A stretch of DNA of 64,000 nucleotides, from contig JANQQU010000077.1 of assembly GCA_028284905.1 (NCBI GenBank), positions 22,140 to 86,139 on the forward strand, written 5' to 3'. The notes under the pieces were generated by a model. It was not told where the DNA came from. It saw nothing but the letters and a program-made list of their open reading frames with translations, and did not search any database. A program made the translations under genes and the position numbers. Of the stretch, positions 59,274-64,000 are shown one piece after another. This DNA is from Calditrichia bacterium. Lineage in GTDB: Bacteria > Calditrichota > Calditrichia > RBG-13-44-9 > J075. Numbering within the stretch: the first letter of the stretch is position 1; each line of letters begins with the position of its first letter.

Positions 59274-59636
59274 ATGAAAATTGACAAGCAGGCCCTTAGC
59301 GCCCGAATCCGGACGATCATGCGAAAGCAAGGATTGACACAAAATGAATTTGCCGATTTACTGGGTATCAGCCAACCGGCAGTGTCGCAATATTTGCAGG
59401 GACGTGTGCCCCCGGCAGATGTACTGCTACCGCTTGCCCGACTGGGGAATACGTCGATTGAATGGTTATTAACCGGGGATGAAAAAACGGCAGAAGCTCC
59501 ACTCGCAGTGAAGGAATCTCCTACCGCTTATGGCGATACACATGCAGTGCTGGAAATCTGGCCAAAGCTCCCCCGGCAGGTTCGTCGCAGCCTGCTCACA
59601 TTAATGCGTAACATTGAGGATTCGTTGGAGAGATGA
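59274..59636 (+). CDS. XRE-family HTH transcriptional regulator
   Basis: GLTQNEFADLLGISQPAVSQYLQG..P..LARLGNTSIEWLLTG; GAGG RBS. Confidence 0.92.
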   Translation: MKIDKQALSARIRTIMRKQGLTQNEFADLLGISQPAVSQYLQGRVPPADVLLPLARLGNTSIEWLLTGDEKTAEAPLAVKESPTAYGDTHAVLEIWPKLPRQVRRSLLTLMRNIEDSLER

Positions 59637-59672
59637 TTTTAGTTTTATCGCGATTTCTGAAGCACTCACTCC

Positions 59673-59726
59673 TTTCACCATTCGACGGCTACATCCTGAG
59701 TATCTCGAAGGACTCAGGATGAATGG
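59673..59726. repeat. CATCCTGAG..TCGAAGG family palindromic repeat with nested hairpin
   Basis: CATCCTGAGT-atctcgaagg-ACTCAGGATG inside CCATTC..GAATGG; ends match 41758-41788 on the opposite strand. Confidence 0.7.
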
Positions 59727-59810
59727 AGGTCAAAACAATTATTTTCAGAGTTATATCAAAATATAGTGCTAGCGCAGTAACCTTTCGCTATATCAGCTAT
59801 GCTCGTTCCA

Positions 59811-60383
59811 TCAACACTGCTTCTTCTCTTCACAGCACTGACAATGCACAATCGGGTGATAATCGATAATCGTTCCCCGCCGATCAAACTCGAAATGACA
59901 GCATTTCAGCAGCATTTCCTTGAGGAGCTTACGGGCTCGCTGCACCCGGCTTTTCGCACCGGAAACGGATATGTTCAAATGCTTCGCCAGGGCCACCTGA
60001 CTCAATCCTTTATAATCGGTTAACAACAATGCTTCACTGTATTTTTCCGGAAGGAGATGCACCATTTGCTTTAAGCTGCGGGCGACACGTTGTTCTGCGG
60101 TTTCCGTCGCTGGTTCGTCCGCCTCGCCAAGATTATCGGGCAACGCGGCGTGGTAACGGTTTTTCTTGCGGTAATGGTCAATAATAGCATTACGGGTTAT
60201 TTGAAAAACCCAGCTTTCCAGCTTGTCGGTATTTTTAAGATAAGTAACATTGGCGTGTATTTTCAGAAAAATATCCTGCAAAATATCTTCCGCGGAGGTA
60301 TCATTCACCCGGCTGGCAATGAAACGCTGCAACTTATCGCCGAATTCATTCCAAATTTTTTCAGTTTGTGTATTCAATTCCAT
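59811..60383 (-). CDS. sigZ: ECF RNA polymerase sigma factor, SigZ type
   Basis: AEDILQDIFLKIH, SWVFQITRNAIIDHYRK, LPEKY, SGAKSRVQRAR, CCHFEFDRRG. Confidence 0.88.
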   Translation of the reverse strand: MELNTQTEKIWNEFGDKLQRFIASRVNDTSAEDILQDIFLKIHANVTYLKNTDKLESWVFQITRNAIIDHYRKKNRYHAALPDNLGEADEPATETAEQRVARSLKQMVHLLPEKYSEALLLTDYKGLSQVALAKHLNISVSGAKSRVQRARKLLKEMLLKCCHFEFDRRGTIIDYHPIVHCQCCEEKKQC

Positions 60384-60552
60384 TTCGTCATCCTCTATTC
60401 AATGATAATCAACCAATTCGCGATTACAAAATAGAAGACGCATATTGATAAAAAAGGACGCAAAATTGCATGAGGAAATATCTTTTTCCTTGAACCCTTG
60501 TGTTCTTTCGGTGTATTATCGAATGAATTTGATTGCAGGAACTTTGAAAATT

Positions 60553-60651
60553 AGCCACGGATCAACTCAGATTTACACTGATTTAGAATATCTGGATCTT
60601 TTTCAATTAGACCTCCTTTTAATCTGTGATAATCCGTGTAAATCGGTGGCT
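60553..60651. repeat. Palindromic element built from 10-bp CACGGAT/CACTGAT-type units
   Basis: AGCCACGGATCAACTCAGATTTACACTGATT ... AATCTGTGATAATCCGTGTAAATCGGTGGCT. Confidence 0.85.
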
Positions 60652-60722
60652 TAAATAAAAAGTATTTGGCAGCGAGTTAGATGGACGGAAATTGCGGTCG
60701 CTAAGCACTGGACGAGGATTTT

Positions 60723-61568
60723 GTGAGCACTACGAAGTTGGATTGGAAAATTATCGATGAGATTATCGCCCGGGCGTTTGCCGAAGATATCGGGGACGGG
60801 GATGTTAGCACCAACGCGCTTTTTTCACCGGAAGAAAAAGCCGACGCATATATGATCGCCAAGGCGCCGGGAGTTATCGCCGGATTGCCGGTGGCGGAAA
60901 GAGTGTTTCGAACCCTTGATGAAAACATCACCTGGAAGCCTGCCTGCCGCGATGGGGAGAAACGTAATCCCGGAGAACTGATCGTAGAATTTTCCGGCAG
61001 CCGACGGGCATTGCTCAGTGGCGAACGCCTCGCACTCAATATTCTTCAAAGAATGTCCGGAATCGCCACCATGTCTGCGGCATATGCCCGTGAAGTGGTT
61101 GATTTCCCGGTAGAGATTCTCGATACCCGGAAAACTCTGCCGGGGTTGCGTATCCTGGAGAAGTATGCAGTGGCTGTTGGTGGCGCAACGAATCATCGCT
61201 ACGGACTTTTTGATGGGATCATGCTCAAGGATAATCACATCAAGCTTGCCGGGGGCATTGCGACCGCGGTGGCCCGGGCAAAAGCGGGTAATCCGAAAAA
61301 TCTCGAGATCGAAGTGGAAACCACAACTTTGGCGGAAGTCGAGGCAGCACTGGAGGCCGGCGCAGATATTATTATGCTTGACAATATGTCCACCGAAATG
61401 ATGCGGGAAGCCGTGGAAAAAATTGCCGGGCGGGCCAAGGTGGAAGCGTCCGGCGGGGTTACTATTGAACGCTTACGGGAAATTGCGGCAACTGGTGTGG
61501 ATTACATATCTGTCGGTGCTTTAACCCATTCCGTGCAGGCTTTGGACATCAGTTTATACTTTCGTTAA
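60723..61568 (+). CDS. nadC: Nicotinate-nucleotide diphosphorylase (carboxylating)
   Basis: EDIGDGD, ERLALN..QRMSGIAT, DTRKTLPG, NHRYGL.D..MLKDNH, EVE, MLDNM, EASGG, SVGALTHS. Confidence 0.96.
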   Translation: MSTTKLDWKIIDEIIARAFAEDIGDGDVSTNALFSPEEKADAYMIAKAPGVIAGLPVAERVFRTLDENITWKPACRDGEKRNPGELIVEFSGSRRALLSGERLALNILQRMSGIATMSAAYAREVVDFPVEILDTRKTLPGLRILEKYAVAVGGATNHRYGLFDGIMLKDNHIKLAGGIATAVARAKAGNPKNLEIEVETTTLAEVEAALEAGADIIMLDNMSTEMMREAVEKIAGRAKVEASGGVTIERLREIAATGVDYISVGALTHSVQALDISLYFR

Positions 61569-61600
61569 AAAGGATTATTTTCACATTCACAATAATTCTC

Positions 61601-61629
61601 TTGCATTTACCTAAATGACACTATATATT
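61601..61629 (+). promoter_or_regulatory. Sigma-70-type promoter for DUF3098 gene and tRNA-Val
   Basis: TTGCAT-17 bp-TATATT. Confidence 0.55.
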
Positions 61630-61657
61630 TTGCACCGTTTTTCGAGAAGGGCTTACT

Positions 61658-61933
61658 ATGGCAACAGTTAAAAAACGACCGGCTTCAACCCGGTCCAGCA
61701 GAAGAGCAGCGGAACAGGAAAAGTTTCAGTTCCCTTTGACAAAAACCAATTTTTTGATTCTTGGGTTTGGTGTGTTAGTTTTGGTTGCCGGATATATTTT
61801 AATGGCAATCCCGGAGCATCCGGACGACTTCCTGACCCGCACATTAGCACCGGTTATGCTTGTTTTTTCATTTTTGGTTATTATACCTTTCGGGCTGATG
61901 TATAAAGAGAAAAAGAAAGACAGTGATTCATAA
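61658..61933 (+). CDS. DUF3098-like small membrane protein
   Basis: FPLTKTNFLILGFGVLVLVAGYILM..TLAPVMLV: two TM helices. Confidence 0.8.
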   Translation: MATVKKRPASTRSSRRAAEQEKFQFPLTKTNFLILGFGVLVLVAGYILMAIPEHPDDFLTRTLAPVMLVFSFLVIIPFGLMYKEKKKDSDS

Positions 61934-61936
61934 ATT

Positions 61937-62010
61937 GGGCGCTTAGCTCAGCTGGCTAGAGCACCGGCCTTACAAGCCGGGGGTCATAGGTTCAAGTCCT
62001 ATAGCGCCCA
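61937..62010 (+). tRNA. tRNA-Val (anticodon TAC); CCA not encoded
   Basis: GGGCGCT/AGCGCCC acceptor stem, D-arm GCTC..GAGC, anticodon arm CCGGC-CTTACAA-GCCGG, T-loop GGTTCAAGTCC. Confidence 0.98.
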
Positions 62011-62014
62011 CACG

Positions 62015-62049
62015 AAACCCGCAGGTTCATATGAGCTTGCGGGTTTTTT
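62015..62049 (+). terminator. Intrinsic terminator after tRNA-Val
   Basis: AAACCCGCAGG..CTTGCGGGTTT then T-run. Confidence 0.85.
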
Positions 62050-62073
62050 AGTTTAGCAGGGATTGTTTGTGTG

Positions 62074-62606
62074 ACGCATAGAGGCTATCCCCAAATGCAT
62101 TGTGTCATTGCTCGTTGGCGCTTAAGGAGAGGATGGTTGCGCTCCCGATGGTCGCTGATGGCTCCGCTCCTTATCAGTCGCTAATGGTTGGGGGTAGTTT
62201 GTGTTTCGCGGTTAAAAAGGAGTCTTTTGATGGGGTTACCTCCGTAGGCAATTACTGCCTATATGGCTCCGCTCCCTGCGGTCGCTGATGGTTGAGGATT
62301 TCCGGTGTGACGCAAATGTTTGTTGGGTGCAAACTGCGTGTTTATTTGCGCTGGCGCTACCTAGAGGATGGTTCCGCTCCCTATGGTCGCTGATGGCTCC
62401 GTTCCCGTTGGTCACTGATGGTTGAAAAACAGCAACGAACCATCAACCATTAACGAACGAAGTGAGTGGAACCATTAGCGACCAGCGGGAGCGGAGCCAT
62501 ACTCTCCCCAAGCGCCAGCGTAGAATATGTATTGTAGTTGCAGTGAAGAAATTGCGTAACACTGGAAATCTCCAACCATCAGCGAACGCAGAGAGCGAAA
62601 CCATAT
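62074..62606. repeat. Large composite REP/BIME-like palindromic array
   Basis: About eight 25-bp ATGGYTCCGCTCCC..GTCGCTR units (five forward, three reverse); 62261-62317 pairs with 62551-62606; homologous to 680-1064. Confidence 0.88.
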
Positions 62607-62671
62607 TATCTAAAATTGCCTGCGAACACACGCCCGCGAGTTTATCTATTCCATCCCACGAAACACCAGGC

Positions 62672-63550
62672 TCAATACAGTACCCACACCGGATCGCCAT
62701 CAAACCCCGGATGATCCGTCAGGCGCAATAGTTCACCGCCAGTCGCTTTCACCCGGTAAATCTCCCAATTGCCATCACGATTGGAGCCGAAGGTGATATC
62801 TTGTCCATCGAGCGACCAGGAGGCAACCAGCTCCCAACCGGGATGGTGCGTCAGCCGGCGGACATTCTCCCCGGTCAGTGCTTTCGTGTAAATTTCCTGA
62901 TTACCGCCGCCTTCACGCCCGGAGCGAAACAATAAAGATTTCCCGTCAGGAGAAAAAGTCGCATTTGCATCATCCGCGGGGTGATTGCTGATGTTTTTTA
63001 GCGCCCCGCCTGCCAGATTCATTACATAAACTTCCGCATTACCATCCCGATAGGAGGTAAAGCTGATTTGATTACCATCCGGTGAAAATGCCGGTTTGTA
63101 ATCTTTCGCAGGATGCTCAGTTAATCGTTCCCGCTCACTGCCATCGAGGCGGGAACGGTAGATATCCACATTACCGGAATCATCACGAAAATGATAGGCA
63201 ATCCACGCCCCGTCCGGCGATACTGCCATGAATGGATCGTCATAATCGATAGTGCAGAATTGCTCGACCGCTTTCGTGCGTAAATCAAGGCTGAAAACGG
63301 TATTCGCACCGAGACTATCGGAGAAAAAGATAATTTTTGAAGTATTCGGGATCCAGCGGGGATTCCATTCGTTTCCTGGCCATTGCAGCAATGGTGTTGT
63401 TATTTTCCCATATTCATTCATAATATAAATATTGGAATTCCCGTCGCGGCTGCTGGAGAATACGATAGAGTTCATTTTCGGTGGAGTATCATTGCAACTG
63501 AGCATTAAACCAGCAGCTAATAGCAAAATTGACAGATTCAAGAACCGCAT
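62672..63550 (-). CDS. TolB-like beta-propeller lipoprotein (PD40 repeats)
   Basis: MRFLNLSILLLAAGLMLSC lipobox; repeats FSSSRDGN..IY, PAFSPDG..ISFTSYRDGNAEVY. Confidence 0.88.
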   Translation of the reverse strand: MRFLNLSILLLAAGLMLSCNDTPPKMNSIVFSSSRDGNSNIYIMNEYGKITTPLLQWPGNEWNPRWIPNTSKIIFFSDSLGANTVFSLDLRTKAVEQFCTIDYDDPFMAVSPDGAWIAYHFRDDSGNVDIYRSRLDGSERERLTEHPAKDYKPAFSPDGNQISFTSYRDGNAEVYVMNLAGGALKNISNHPADDANATFSPDGKSLLFRSGREGGGNQEIYTKALTGENVRRLTHHPGWELVASWSLDGQDITFGSNRDGNWEIYRVKATGGELLRLTDHPGFDGDPVWVLY

Positions 63551-63581
63551 GCGGAAGATGCGCTGCGTGTCGAATAAGCGG

Positions 63582-63697
63582 AATGTCGAATTTCCAATTT
63601 CCAATTTCCAATGTCGAAGGATATTTCTATTTGCTATCCGGGGCAGTGCAATTTTTTTACTTCGACATTGAATATTGGATATTGAAAATTGGATATT
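63582..63697. repeat. 7-bp tandem-repeat hairpin (AATTTCC)n / (GGATATT)n
   Basis: aatgtcg aatttcc x3 aatgtcgaag ... cttcgacatt gaatatt ggatatt gaaaatt ggatatt. Confidence 0.85.
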
Positions 63698-63771
63698 CAA
63701 AAAACATATCCTCATCATCTTAATGGAATATTTCATAAAACACTTTCCTTGAAGTTCCTAAAATTTCATTC

Positions 63772-64000
63772 TCATTCTTTTCCCAGTTCCGCCAGCAGGC
63801 TATCTAAGTCCAGGCGCGCTGTATAAATGTTGATCGATCCATCGGGATGGCGGGGCCAGGAGGTTTCCGGGCGATCCCAGTAAAGCTCCACACCGTTTTC
63901 GTCCGGGTCGTTCAAATAAAGCGCTTCGGAAACTCCATGATCCGATGCCCCGGTAAGACGATGTCCGGCATCAATCAGACGTTGAAAGGCAACGGCCAAA
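63772..64000 (-). CDS. VOC/glyoxalase family protein (CatE-like), 5'-truncated by window edge
   Basis: GASDHGVSEALYLNDPDENGVELYWDRP..W..LDLDSLL. Confidence 0.88.
   Translation of the reverse strand, partial: LAVAFQRLIDAGHRLTGASDHGVSEALYLNDPDENGVELYWDRPETSWPRHPDGSINIYTARLDLDSLLAELGKE

Noticed and set aside
59811-60383. Cys-rich C-terminus of the sigma factor as a novel feature
   Set aside because: The CC..DxRG tail is typical of SigZ-type ECF sigma factors.
62074-62606. CRISPR array interpretation of the 25-bp repeats (also 680-1064)
   Set aside because: Units are degenerate, occur in both orientations and as abutting pairs, spacing is irregular, and no cas genes are present.
63551-63736. 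62-aa N-terminal extension of the TolB-like ORF
   Set aside because: It is translated heptamer-repeat DNA; a proper lipoprotein signal starts at ATG 63550.
61937-64000. tRNA-Val as an integration site for a genomic island or prophage
   Set aside because: No integrase, no duplicate of the tRNA 3' end seen in the window, and the tRNA is followed by a normal terminator.

Overview
About 64 kb of ordinary-looking bacterial chromosome (~50% GC), most likely from an FCB-group lineage such as Calditrichota. This is inferred from secreted proteins ending in 'QN(Y/F)PNPFN' sorting domains, DUF2851, DUF3098 and the PEP/pyruvate-binding regulator. It carries housekeeping genes (pyrF-pyrE, purF-folB-folK-deoxynucleoside kinase, nadC, tex, ygiQ, tatD, tRNA-Val(TAC)), several hydrolases and peptidases, three hybrid histidine kinases, an HD-GYP phosphodiesterase, an orphan DNA methyltransferase and one complete IS4-family element. 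The two best candidates for undescribed systems are (1) a secreted protein with a C-terminal CPPFC motif, a 7-TM membrane protein and a translationally coupled single-TM hybrid kinase, which looks like a ligand/receptor/kinase module; and (2) a FeeM-like acyltransferase, PLP decarboxylase, Zn-protease and ThiF-like locus whose two outer genes have matching sigma-54-type promoters and whose ThiF protein has lost its adenylation motifs. Intergenic DNA is densely populated by several families of palindromic elements and 7-9-bp tandem-repeat hairpins, one of which is the IS4 target. All family assignments are from motif recognition; no database search was run.
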